This document shows, one piece after another, positions 40,303 to 49,510 of a stretch of DNA of 64,000 bases (positions are counted from its first letter, which is position 1; each line of letters starts with the position of its first letter). Source of the stretch: Sulfolobaceae archaeon (GTDB lineage: Archaea; Thermoproteota; Thermoprotei_A; Sulfolobales; Sulfolobaceae); the NCBI GenBank assembly GCA_038893355.1, contig JAWARQ010000004.1, positions 64,001-128,000 of the forward strand, written 5' to 3'. Both the position numbers and the translations under genes were made by a program. Below the pieces are notes generated by a model. It was not told the origin of the DNA, ran no database searches, and saw only the letters and a program-made list of their open reading frames with translations.

Positions 40303-40743
40303 CTATTCAGAATTTTTTAAATTATTAAGATTTAAAGTATTTTTAAGATCTCTCCATTTTTTTATAGTATCATAAAGAAAGTATATTGAAGCAATAAGTA
40401 TTACTAAAATCATATATATCTGTTGTATCTTAGAGTTTTGATAAAGAAAAAATGTAGAAATTATAAGTGATGTTATGAAGAAGGATGCAAAAAATGCTGA
40501 TTTAGGTAAGATTAACGACTTTACTCTAACTAAATTCTTATCTACTATCTTTTTAACAATGTAACCATTTTCAGTTTCTTCAACTAAACCTTTTTCTAAA
40601 AGCTTTTTTAGATGATAATTAACTACCGAAATTGAACTTATATTTAAATCTCTTTGAATTTGTCTTGCAGTAACTGGTTTATTTTGTCTTAATAGGTAAT
40701 AGTATATTCTTTTAGACGTTCCTATTAATTCTTCAGTACTCAT
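40303..40743 (-). CDS. Winged-HTH regulator with two C-terminal TM helices
   Basis: R.IQR.L.ISS.S.V.YHL.KL...GLV followed by hydrophobic segments. Confidence 0.75.
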   Translation of the reverse strand: MSTEELIGTSKRIYYYLLRQNKPVTARQIQRDLNISSISVVNYHLKKLLEKGLVEETENGYIVKKIVDKNLVRVKSLILPKSAFFASFFITSLIISTFFLYQNSKIQQIYMILVILIASIYFLYDTIKKWRDLKNTLNLNNLKNSE

Positions 40744-40907
40744 TCATATAAAACTTCCTTAGCAGAATATTAATCTTAACCAGCTATCAGTAAAAGCAAT
40801 TCATTTGAATTCATAATTAAAAGATAAATTTAATATAGTAAAGAAATAATAGACTTATTGAACATTTGGATTAATTATAAATACACGATTAATAAAAGTC
40901 TTATTGT

Positions 40908-41441
40908 GTGAGGAACCTATTACTAGCTATAATTGCTGGAATTGTAGTTTCAAGTATACTAGCAGTTATTTCGATATACATTGGTACCACTAATTATGTA
41001 TCAAGAATACCTACTATAAATTCCACTCCCAGCATAATAATAGTTCCTAAATATCCAGTAGCACAAACAGTAATGGATAATACTACGATTTCACCCTTTT
41101 ACTTTACTGTACAGCAAGTATCTTATTATTCTAGACCTATTATATTATCTAATCCAGTTATTGTAACTAATAATAGTAAAGCGTATACAGTAATAGGAAT
41201 CAAGAATAATTATAATTCTACATTATATATTTTAGAACAAGAAGGATATTATATAGTAAATATTAGTAAAATAAATGAAGAAGGTGGATATATTTATTAT
41301 AATGTTACCTTTAATTTTGAATTTAAGCCTAAAGAATTGACAATAATACTAGTTCCGATCTGGGATTCTACGTATCATATTTCAAGTTATATAATAATCA
41401 TACTTCAGCCGGGGACAATTAATTCATCTATTATTTCATAA
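40908..41441 (+). CDS. Secreted or membrane-anchored hypothetical protein
   Basis: N-terminal hydrophobic helix, Asn/Tyr/Ile-rich, with N-x-S/T sequons. Confidence 0.55.
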   Translation: MRNLLLAIIAGIVVSSILAVISIYIGTTNYVSRIPTINSTPSIIIVPKYPVAQTVMDNTTISPFYFTVQQVSYYSRPIILSNPVIVTNNSKAYTVIGIKNNYNSTLYILEQEGYYIVNISKINEEGGYIYYNVTFNFEFKPKELTIILVPIWDSTYHISSYIIIILQPGTINSSIIS

Positions 41442-41457
41442 TGTCGGCTCTCATCAT
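41405..41457 (-). ncRNA. C/D-box sRNA with both guides complementary to the 23S peptidyl-transferase region
   Basis: Minus strand reads ATGATGA-GAGCCGACATT-ATGA...ATGAATT-AATTGTCCCCGG-CTGA. The guides pair with conserved 23S GAUGUCGGCUC and CCGGGGAUAA. Confidence 0.85.
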
Positions 41458-41501
41458 AACCAATATAATATAAAAATTCTACCTCATAAAAATTATTATA
41501 G

Positions 41502-41891
41502 ATGCGAATATCTAGCAGAGAACTAAGATACCTTAAGGTAATAAAACAGATATGTGAAACTGAAGGTACTGCAAGGTTAACTAGAATTGCTAAAGAATTA
41601 TCCTTAAATCCATCAAGCGTATTTGATGAGATAAATCATCTAGTAGAAAAGGGTTTTGTAAAACGAGAAAGTAGAGGTGTTAAGCTTACTGAAGAAGGAG
41701 AAAGATTATTAAACGAGATAAAGAGAAATCATAGAATAATAGAATGTTTTTTTGAAAGAATAGGGATACCGTTATCTCAAATATGCGAATATGCTGAACA
41801 AATTGATTACATACTACCTAGTGATGTAATAGATAAGATATATGTATATATAGGAAGGCCTGCCAAATGTCCACATGGGAAGGATATATGA
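41502..41891 (+). CDS. DtxR/MntR-family metal-dependent regulator
   Basis: YLK.I, LT.EG, HRIIE.F and P..CPHG. Confidence 0.88.
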   Translation: MRISSRELRYLKVIKQICETEGTARLTRIAKELSLNPSSVFDEINHLVEKGFVKRESRGVKLTEEGERLLNEIKRNHRIIECFFERIGIPLSQICEYAEQIDYILPSDVIDKIYVYIGRPAKCPHGKDI

Positions 41892-42493
41892 ATTTAGATT
41901 ATTATTTATATTATACGGGAAATTACATTACATTATTCATACTAATGCTCTTAGAAGGGATGTCTCTTCCAATCCCTAGTGAAGTAATACTTCCGCTTGT
42001 CGGATATTTGTCTTATAAGCAGCTAATGGATCTAAACCTAGGCATAGTTATTGCTACATTTGGAAGCTTGACAGGATCTATTATTGATTATTATATAGCG
42101 TTAAAACTAGGAAGACTATTTTTGTATAAGTATGGGAAATTTTTTAAATTAAATCAAAATTCTTTAATTAGACTAGAAGTTTGGTTTAATAAATATGGTG
42201 TGATTACCGTATTTCTATTCAGATTTATTCCGGCATTAAGAGCATTAATCTCATTTCCTGCAGGCCTTGTAAAGATGAACATAAAAGTTTTTGTTTTGCT
42301 AACATTCTTAGGTCACTTTATTTGGGATTTCCTTCTAGCATATTTGGGATTTCTTTTTGCTAATAATATCGACTATTTTATAACGTCATTAGAATCATAT
42401 CTTAATATCTTGCTAATAATATCGACTATTTTCATAATAATTTTTATAATTTATAATATCTTCTTAAAAAATAGGAGTATCTCGAAAAATTAA
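41888..42493 (+). CDS. DedA-family membrane protein
   Basis: LE...LP.PSE, F.KYG and RFIP.LR...SFPAG. Confidence 0.9.
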   Translation: MNLDYYLYYTGNYITLFILMLLEGMSLPIPSEVILPLVGYLSYKQLMDLNLGIVIATFGSLTGSIIDYYIALKLGRLFLYKYGKFFKLNQNSLIRLEVWFNKYGVITVFLFRFIPALRALISFPAGLVKMNIKVFVLLTFLGHFIWDFLLAYLGFLFANNIDYFITSLESYLNILLIISTIFIIIFIIYNIFLKNRSISKN

Positions 42494-42552
42494 GCTTTAA
42501 TGCAACTTGGTCACAACAAAAGTATTTTTATACTTAGTTACTAATAAAACCT

Positions 42553-43047
42553 ATGAGAATTTCAGAGTATTATATTTATGTTGTACTTATTACTATGTTA
42601 CTGATAATACTATTTCTATCACTTGCACCATTTGTACCAATAAATGAACCACTATTCTTTAACGGAGTAAACTTATTCCTACCAGTAGGAGTTTCGTTTT
42701 CAGCAGCATTAGCACTCTTTAGTTTCATAATAATTTTCCTCTTGTTCAGTACTTCTAAGAATGTCTGGATTAATATTCTAATTGATAGTACTGCATTAAC
42801 ATTCTCAATCTTAAACTATATTAATATATTCTTAATTTGGAGTATTTGGCATCCTTCTTTAGTTATTATACCTTTTTTCCTCTTAATATTTTATAATGGT
42901 TCTAGTGCTTTGTGGTTAGATTTTGGGCAAATAATACTCCTGATATTCTTTTATAGGTTGTATAAAAATTATAGAAGTAGTAGAAGGCCCCGCCCCCTAT
43001 CTGGGTCTGACAGCACTGTTACTGGTGATTGGATGAAGACTCATTAG
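42553..43047 (+). CDS. Hypothetical membrane protein
   Basis: 4-5 hydrophobic segments. The C-terminal tail overlaps a structured RNA. Confidence 0.6.
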   Translation: MRISEYYIYVVLITMLLIILFLSLAPFVPINEPLFFNGVNLFLPVGVSFSAALALFSFIIIFLLFSTSKNVWINILIDSTALTFSILNYINIFLIWSIWHPSLVIIPFFLLIFYNGSSALWLDFGQIILLIFFYRLYKNYRSSRRPRPLSGSDSTVTGDWMKTH

Positions 43048-43064
43048 CCGGGCGGGGTACAAAG
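42987..43064 (+). ncRNA. H/ACA pseudouridylation guide RNA candidate
   Basis: Basal stem CCCCGCCC/GGGCGGGG, 6+6-nt pocket, upper stem TGGGTC/GACTCA, K-turn CTGA...GGATGA, and ACA at 43059-43061, 15 nt from the upper stem. Confidence 0.7.
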
Positions 43065-43114
43065 ATGATGAGGTCGACATATTCTCGAGAAATGAAGAGG
43101 GGTCGATATGCTGA
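43065..43114 (+). ncRNA. C/D-box sRNA
   Basis: C box ATGATGA, C' ATGAAGA and D box CTGA (43111-43114). The D guide GGGGTCGATATG is complementary to 23S helix-89 CAUAUCGACCCC. Confidence 0.8.
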
Positions 43115-43755
43115 TGAATGAAATTGAAGCTTTAAGGAATGAAGTAATTTCTTGTAAAAAATGTAATCTATGGAGAACTAGAAAAAATGCAGTACCAGGC
43201 TATGGTGACCCTAATGCTACGATAATGTTTATTGGAGAAGCACCAGGTGCAACAGAAGATGAAGAAGGAAAACCATTTGTTGGTAATGCTGGAAAGCTAC
43301 TTACTAAAATGATTCAAGAAGTTTTAGGTCTAACTAGAGATCAAGTATACATTACTAATTTAGTAAAATGTAGACCTCCAGGAAATAGAGATCCAACAGA
43401 TGAGGAAATAATTGCATGTAAAGATTATCTCGAAAGAGAAATTTCTTTAGTTAGGCCAAAATTAATAGTAACATTGGGAAATCATTCTACTTCTTATATT
43501 TTTAAGAAGGCTAATTTACCATATAGCAGTATTACGAGAGTTAGGGGAAAGAGTTATAGTGTCGAAATTTTGGGGATTAAGATAACAGTTTTTCCTACTT
43601 ATCATCCTGCAGCTGCACTGTATAATCCTAAATTACAATTAGAATTATATAATGATTTTAAAAGGATAAGAGAATTACTAGGCATAGAAAATAAAAGGGT
43701 AACATTAGATGTATTTTTTAAGGCGGATAAAGATGGATCTGGGGATAAAAAATAA
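43114..43755 (+). CDS. udg: Family-4 uracil-DNA glycosylase
   Basis: C..C, GEAPG..E...G.PFVG, N.VKCRPP.NR and HPAA. Confidence 0.95.
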   Translation: MNEIEALRNEVISCKKCNLWRTRKNAVPGYGDPNATIMFIGEAPGATEDEEGKPFVGNAGKLLTKMIQEVLGLTRDQVYITNLVKCRPPGNRDPTDEEIIACKDYLEREISLVRPKLIVTLGNHSTSYIFKKANLPYSSITRVRGKSYSVEILGIKITVFPTYHPAAALYNPKLQLELYNDFKRIRELLGIENKRVTLDVFFKADKDGSGDKK

Positions 43756-44512
43756 GAGAGTTATTGTTACTGCTTCTAGCAAAGGAATAGGATTCGCTAC
43801 GGCAAAAAGGTTTTTAGAAGAAGGTGCAGTAGTTGTTATTTCATCGCATGATAATGAAAATTTGAAAAAAGCTTATGAAAAGCTTCATATGATTGGTAAA
43901 GTTTATATGATTAAAGCTGATTTAACTAATCCAGAAGACGTAAAGAATTTAATAAGAGAAGGTTCACGATTACTTGGAGGATTAGATGTTTTAGTTTATA
44001 TAACTGGAAGTCCAAAACCGGGTAGTTTCTTAGAACTTTCAGAGGAAGATTGGGATTATGGTTATAGGTTGCTATTAAAGAGTGCAGTTATAGCTGTTAG
44101 AGAAGCATCAAAAATAATGGAAAAGGGTGGGAGGATAATAATTTCAACTTCATTTACCTTAAAGGAACCATTAGAAAATTTAGACCTTTCAAATGTGATA
44201 AGAGTATCTATGGCAGGTCTAATTAGATCTGCAGCTAGGGTATTAGGTAAGAAAGGTATATTAGTTAATGGGATAATGCCAGGTTGGATACTCACGGAAA
44301 GGGTCTCTCAGATTATTAGAGATAGAGCAAGAAGGGAAGGTAAAAGTGAGGATGAAATAGAGAAAGAATTAACGTCTAATATTCCATTAGGTAGGATAGG
44401 AAAACCCGAGGAAGTCGCTAACGTTATACTGTTCCTTGCTTCTGAACTTTCAACTTATGTAAATGGTGCCTTAATTCCAGTAGATGGTGGGTATTTAAGG
44501 TCAACATTTTAA
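43733..44512 (+). CDS. Short-chain dehydrogenase/reductase
   Basis: TASSKGIG, S..IR, N.I.PG and PLGR.G.PEE. Confidence 0.88.
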   Translation: MDLGIKNKRVIVTASSKGIGFATAKRFLEEGAVVVISSHDNENLKKAYEKLHMIGKVYMIKADLTNPEDVKNLIREGSRLLGGLDVLVYITGSPKPGSFLELSEEDWDYGYRLLLKSAVIAVREASKIMEKGGRIIISTSFTLKEPLENLDLSNVIRVSMAGLIRSAARVLGKKGILVNGIMPGWILTERVSQIIRDRARREGKSEDEIEKELTSNIPLGRIGKPEEVANVILFLASELSTYVNGALIPVDGGYLRSTF

Positions 44513-44624
44513 ACTTTTTGGGCTGATAATACTCATATCTTTTCTTATTATATATCATGATCGTAATAATGTCGTATAAGGAATATATGAATTAAGTAGT
44601 AAGTAACATGATAAGGGATATAGA

Positions 44625-46112
44625 GTGAAGATTGTAGAGTTTTATGTCGCTAACTTTCGCAGTTTACAAGAAGTTAAATTAAAAGAGTTAGGAGGGATAA
44701 ATTTACTTTTAGGTCATAATGGATACGGTAAGACTAATTTACTTACTTCGATCTATATCTTTATTAGAAATATTACTGCTGGACTTGAGAAGAGGGAAAT
44801 TGAAGATAGGAATCAAGAATACATTCTATTATGGAGAGAATATGATACATCTAAACCAATATTATTGGGCGGAAAGATTTTCTTTGATGAGAAAGAAGTA
44901 GAGAAAGTTATAGGAAAAAGAAGGTCATATAATGTTGAGGTTATAAATAGGTTATATTATTCAAATAATATACTAAGATGGGAATTAGATACATTAACGG
45001 TAAATGGATATCCTCCTACTAAAGAAGACCTAGAAGATTTAAGAAATTTACTAAATTATGCTTCACAAAAAATAGAATATATTCCGATATTCGATCAGAA
45101 TTATTTTGATGAAATATTAAGGAGGATGATAGAATTTAATAAATCACCGATAAATTTAAGAAAGCATTGGTACGATTTTGTAAATTTAGTTAGCAATATA
45201 ATACCAGAGATTAAGGGAATAGAAGTTTGGGATTCGAAGAAACTAGTGATAAATATTTATAACCTTCCAATTTACATAGACCTTGCTGCAAGCGGATTTC
45301 AAAGAATTATACTTACTTTATTTATTTTATGGTTAAGTGGTAATAAGATTTTATTAATTGAGGAACCGGAAGTAAATATCTATCCAACGTTACAATATAA
45401 GATTATAAGGTTGATGAAAAGTTGGGCTGATAAAGGTATGCTACAAGCATTTATAACTACTCATTCTCCATTTATAGCATCAGGAGATGTTGATAATTAT
45501 ATTATTTTAAAAAGAAGTGGTAGTTCTTCTACAGCAATTGTAATTAAGCCTAAGGAAGATATTAATATTTTATTAAATCTTCTAAATTTGAAGATAGAAG
45601 ATATTATATTTAATAGAATTATAATTTTATTAAATGAATTAGTAGAACCTGCAATAATTAAAAATTGGTTAAAAAAATTGGGCATTTTAATTGATGAAAA
45701 TGGAATATCGATTAAAAAAATAGGTAATGAAATAGAAATTCAATATTGGTTAAGATTGAAAAAATATTTTGATTTTGAATTAGTAGTAATAGGTAATTGT
45801 GATAAAATTGAAGGTTCTTTAAAAGAGAATTGCATTCCTATTTCTAGGGAAATCGAATTTTACTATAATAAAAACGCAATACTTGAGGCATTAAAGAAAA
45901 TTGGAGTATATCCTGATGAAAAGGAGTTAAGAGACTTTATGAAAGAGGATAACTATAGATGGCTACAATCACTAATGAAGAGAAGAGGTATTGATTACGA
46001 AAAAGTTAGAAATTCCATAAGCGATATAATATCTAGTGTAGATTCCACAGAGATCCCGCGAGAAATTCAAGTGTTAGCCAATAAATTAAAATCCTTTCAA
46101 ATAATACTATAA
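44625..46112 (+). CDS. OLD/AAA_15-like ABC ATPase with degenerate C-terminal TOPRIM-like region
   Basis: NFRS, GHNGYGKT, ASG.QR, LLIEEPE...YP and ITTHSP. Confidence 0.7.
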   Translation: MKIVEFYVANFRSLQEVKLKELGGINLLLGHNGYGKTNLLTSIYIFIRNITAGLEKREIEDRNQEYILLWREYDTSKPILLGGKIFFDEKEVEKVIGKRRSYNVEVINRLYYSNNILRWELDTLTVNGYPPTKEDLEDLRNLLNYASQKIEYIPIFDQNYFDEILRRMIEFNKSPINLRKHWYDFVNLVSNIIPEIKGIEVWDSKKLVINIYNLPIYIDLAASGFQRIILTLFILWLSGNKILLIEEPEVNIYPTLQYKIIRLMKSWADKGMLQAFITTHSPFIASGDVDNYIILKRSGSSSTAIVIKPKEDINILLNLLNLKIEDIIFNRIIILLNELVEPAIIKNWLKKLGILIDENGISIKKIGNEIEIQYWLRLKKYFDFELVVIGNCDKIEGSLKENCIPISREIEFYYNKNAILEALKKIGVYPDEKELRDFMKEDNYRWLQSLMKRRGIDYEKVRNSISDIISSVDSTEIPREIQVLANKLKSFQIIL

Positions 46113-46113
46113 A

Positions 46114-46371
46114 ATGATGGCAGACCTATCAATCTTATTGCCTTTAGGATTCGTATTAATATTTATAGGAATTATTTTAACAATAATTGGGATTATTAAA
46201 GAATACTCAACAAAAGGTGAAAGTGAGAGGAGAACTGAAACAAAAGCAGGCGGAATTATCTTTATAGGGCCTATACCTATTATATTCGGTTCTGATAAAG
46301 AAATTGCTAAATGGATGTTAATTATTGCATTAGTAATCTTAATAATATTAGCTATATTAGTTTTGATATAA
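46114..46371 (+). CDS. DUF131/TIGR00304 small membrane protein
   Basis: GG.IFIGPIPIIFG. Confidence 0.85.
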   Translation: MMADLSILLPLGFVLIFIGIILTIIGIIKEYSTKGESERRTETKAGGIIFIGPIPIIFGSDKEIAKWMLIIALVILIILAILVLI

Positions 46372-46379
46372 ATAATTAA

Positions 46380-47642
46380 TTAGATATGTCCTCTAACTTT
46401 CATCGCGTTAATAACCCTCTTTACCGCCATAGTCATTGCAGCAATTCTCATATTCTGATCACCTAACTTGTTATATTCATTGTAAACTGCTTCGAATGCG
46501 TTCTCCATCTTCCTTATTATTAACTTTTTAGCTTCCTCTTCTTCCATTATCTGCCCCATCTTATTATTAGCCCATTCAATATGACTACCAACAACTCCAC
46601 CACCATTAGCTAAAATATCAGGAACTACTATAATTCCTCTCTGCCTAAGAATCTCATCCGCATCAGAGGTTGTCGGGCCATTTGCTCCTTCAACAATTAG
46701 CTTTGCTTTTATTTTTGTTGCATTAAACTTGGTTATAACATTCTCTATTGCAGCAGGTATTAGTATATCACATTCACTTGTTAAAAGTTCCTCATTTGTA
46801 ACCTTCTTGCCATCTCTATATTCAACTACAGTTCCATACTTATTCTTAATCTCTATTGCCTTATCGACGTTGATTCCATTAGGATTTATTATACCACCAT
46901 TAGAATCACTTATCCCTACTATCTTGGCACCCATTTCACTCAAGAATTTTGCAGCCCAACTACCTACATTTCCAAATCCTTGTATTATTACCCTATTACC
47001 TTCTATTCCTCCTAAAAACTTTTCTGCTGCCTTTTTTGCTATAATTGCAACACCTAGGCCAGTACTATAGACTCTAGCACTTAATCCTCCTATATCAGCT
47101 GGCTTCCCGGTAAATGTTGCAAAGTCCACGTTTCCACTTACTTTAATATATTCATCAAGATACCATGCCATAATTTGTGAATCTGTATTAACATCAGGTG
47201 CGGGAATATCTATCTCACTTCCTAAATACTTATAGATTGCTTCTATATAATTTCTTGAAAGTATTTCTAATTCTTCCCTAGTAAGCGACTTAGGATCTAC
47301 TCTTACTCCACCCTTAGCCCCTCCATAAGGTAGTTGCAATAAAGAATTCTTCCATGTCATAATCATTGATAATGCGATTACTTCGTCTTGAGTTACATTA
47401 GGGTGATATCTTACACCTCCTTTATATGGACCTAATGCACTATTGTGTTGAGATCTCCAGCCTATAAAAGTTTTTACTGCACCATTAGAAGATCTAACTG
47501 TTATTTTAACCTGTATTACACGCTCTGGGACTATTAACGCATCGATTACGTAATTCGGTAATCCTAATAATTCTCCAATTTTTTTAATTAATTTAACTTG
47601 CTGTATATATAAATTTGATGTAAAAACCTCCTCTACTGCCAT
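46380..47642 (-). CDS. gdhA: Glutamate dehydrogenase (Glu/Leu/Phe/Val family)
   Basis: GPYKGG.RY, GGAKGG, PAPDV.T, QG.GNVG and EGANGP. Confidence 0.93.
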   Translation of the reverse strand: MAVEEVFTSNLYIQQVKLIKKIGELLGLPNYVIDALIVPERVIQVKITVRSSNGAVKTFIGWRSQHNSALGPYKGGVRYHPNVTQDEVIALSMIMTWKNSLLQLPYGGAKGGVRVDPKSLTREELEILSRNYIEAIYKYLGSEIDIPAPDVNTDSQIMAWYLDEYIKVSGNVDFATFTGKPADIGGLSARVYSTGLGVAIIAKKAAEKFLGGIEGNRVIIQGFGNVGSWAAKFLSEMGAKIVGISDSNGGIINPNGINVDKAIEIKNKYGTVVEYRDGKKVTNEELLTSECDILIPAAIENVITKFNATKIKAKLIVEGANGPTTSDADEILRQRGIIVVPDILANGGGVVGSHIEWANNKMGQIMEEEEAKKLIIRKMENAFEAVYNEYNKLGDQNMRIAAMTMAVKRVINAMKVRGHI

Positions 47643-47717
47643 ACGTACTCTAAATAAATATTAATTTGAAAAAGGTTATAAGGACTCATACGGATTGATA
47701 AGAAACATTTTAAAATT

Positions 47718-49043
47718 TCAATAAGTCTTCCTACGCAAAATTACTGCAATTATAACTATTATTAATGTTACAATTATTGTTATTACCAATGAGATATTTG
47801 GTGAAATTACATTAAATGGCAAATTGGTATTTGAATATGATGCAACGTTTGGAAATATTAATGTTGGATTTAAATAATAATCATTATACTTACTCCCAAT
47901 AAAGTCGAGCTCTAATGCTGTAGCTGTTATATTAGTACTAAATGCAACAATTCTAAACTTAAGTAATGTTCCATTTGAATTAAAATATGCATAAACAAGT
48001 CTTTTTCCAAATATTGTAGAATTTCCGCTAGTTATTGTAAAATTTGTTGAATTTAAGTATAAATACGCATTATAAGTATTGGCTAATACGTTAACTTGAG
48101 TCTGATTAATTTTCTTTAAAAGGTAACCATACCATGAAATTGTATTATTTAAATTTAATATTATTGGTATAAATATTTCATTAGGTTTTCCAATGCTTAT
48201 TATGAAATTTACTTGAGTACCTTGAATTGATATTGGTGTTAGTAATCTATTACCTGCAATATACTGTAATCTAAATTGTGCACTTACTATATAATTCCCT
48301 GGAAGTATGTATGGGTAAACAAATTCAATATAACCTTGAGGCAATATATTACTAGCTATGCTGGAATAATTATATACTGTATAAAGATATGAATATTGTA
48401 AAAGATTTGAATTAAATGTTATGGGCAATCCTATAGTTTTAGGATTACTTAAATTTAATAGTTTTATATCTATATTATATGTGTAATTTGATATATCCTT
48501 TTTAAAGTTAATTTCTGAAATTATTCCATTTTCAAGAACAGATACATTGTAACTTGAACCATTCTGCGTTATTATTCTTAGAATGTAGATAGTATTATTT
48601 AAATACTTAGTATAGTTTTGAAATGATACTATAATATACGAATTTTTATAATAAATTGCATAAGTATTATTAAATATTAGATACGGTAATATATAAGGAT
48701 ATTTGAAAGTAAATAAATTAGTTATTATATTTAATGAATAAGTTCCATTATTAATAATAGTTATATTTTTAAATTCGGTATAATTTCCAGAGATATTTAC
48801 TGTTAAATTGAGATCAATAGAGTTTATAACTTTATATTCAATATAATAAGAATTCTTGGTTGAGTGGTTTTTATAAGTTTTAATTATATCTATCTTATAT
48901 TTTAAATAATCATAATAAATTATTGAAGGTATTTTTTCTGCAGTAGGTTTTGGTAGTTCTACAAGAAATATGCTAGATATCGGAGATGATGCTAATAGTA
49001 ATATAAGCAATGTTAGAATTAATACTTTGTGCATAACAATCAC
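47718..49043 (-). CDS. Cell-surface glycoprotein with signal peptide and C-terminal TM anchor
   Basis: Hydrophobic N-terminus, many N-x-S/T sequons, C-terminal TM helix followed by RRK. Confidence 0.65.
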   Translation of the reverse strand: MIVMHKVLILTLLILLLASSPISSIFLVELPKPTAEKIPSIIYYDYLKYKIDIIKTYKNHSTKNSYYIEYKVINSIDLNLTVNISGNYTEFKNITIINNGTYSLNIITNLFTFKYPYILPYLIFNNTYAIYYKNSYIIVSFQNYTKYLNNTIYILRIITQNGSSYNVSVLENGIISEINFKKDISNYTYNIDIKLLNLSNPKTIGLPITFNSNLLQYSYLYTVYNYSSIASNILPQGYIEFVYPYILPGNYIVSAQFRLQYIAGNRLLTPISIQGTQVNFIISIGKPNEIFIPIILNLNNTISWYGYLLKKINQTQVNVLANTYNAYLYLNSTNFTITSGNSTIFGKRLVYAYFNSNGTLLKFRIVAFSTNITATALELDFIGSKYNDYYLNPTLIFPNVASYSNTNLPFNVISPNISLVITIIVTLIIVIIAVILRRKTY

Positions 49044-49077
49044 AAACTTTATTCCCTATTAACTTTAATGGTAAGTA

Positions 49078-49509
49078 ATGAGCGAGAAAAGACCTCTAGT
49101 TGCTGTAGGAGTTTTAATAGAACATGAAGGCAAATATTTGTTAATAAAGAGACTTAAACCTCCATCAGCTGGACATTGGGCAGTGCCAGGTGGGAAAGTA
49201 GAGTACGGAGAGAGGTTAGAAGATGCTGCAAAAAGAGAAATTAAAGAAGAGACTGGATTAGATATAGAGGTTGGTGAGATAATTGCAATTGTTGAAGTAT
49301 TTAGAGAAGGTTTTCATTATGTAATAATCGATTTTAAGGGTAAAATAATAGGGGGTAATTTAAAACCTAATAGCGATGCAATAGAGGCTAGGTTCTTTTC
49401 ACCATCTGAGATTCAAGGATTAAAAATGACTCCTAGTACTGAAGAAATGTTAAGAAGATTGTTAAGTGGAGAAAAGCCTCCTTTCTTCATAACTAAAATT
49501 GAAAGATAA
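49078..49509 (+). CDS. Nudix hydrolase
   Basis: Nudix box GG.VE.GE....AA.RE..EETGL. Confidence 0.92.
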   Translation: MSEKRPLVAVGVLIEHEGKYLLIKRLKPPSAGHWAVPGGKVEYGERLEDAAKREIKEETGLDIEVGEIIAIVEVFREGFHYVIIDFKGKIIGGNLKPNSDAIEARFFSPSEIQGLKMTPSTEEMLRRLLSGEKPPFFITKIER

Positions 49510-49510
49510 T

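Noticed and set aside
42987-43060. GC-rich hairpin as a tRNA or intrinsic terminator
   Set aside because: No cloverleaf or TTCRA loop, and no poly-T tract. The K-turn and ACA fit an H/ACA RNA better.
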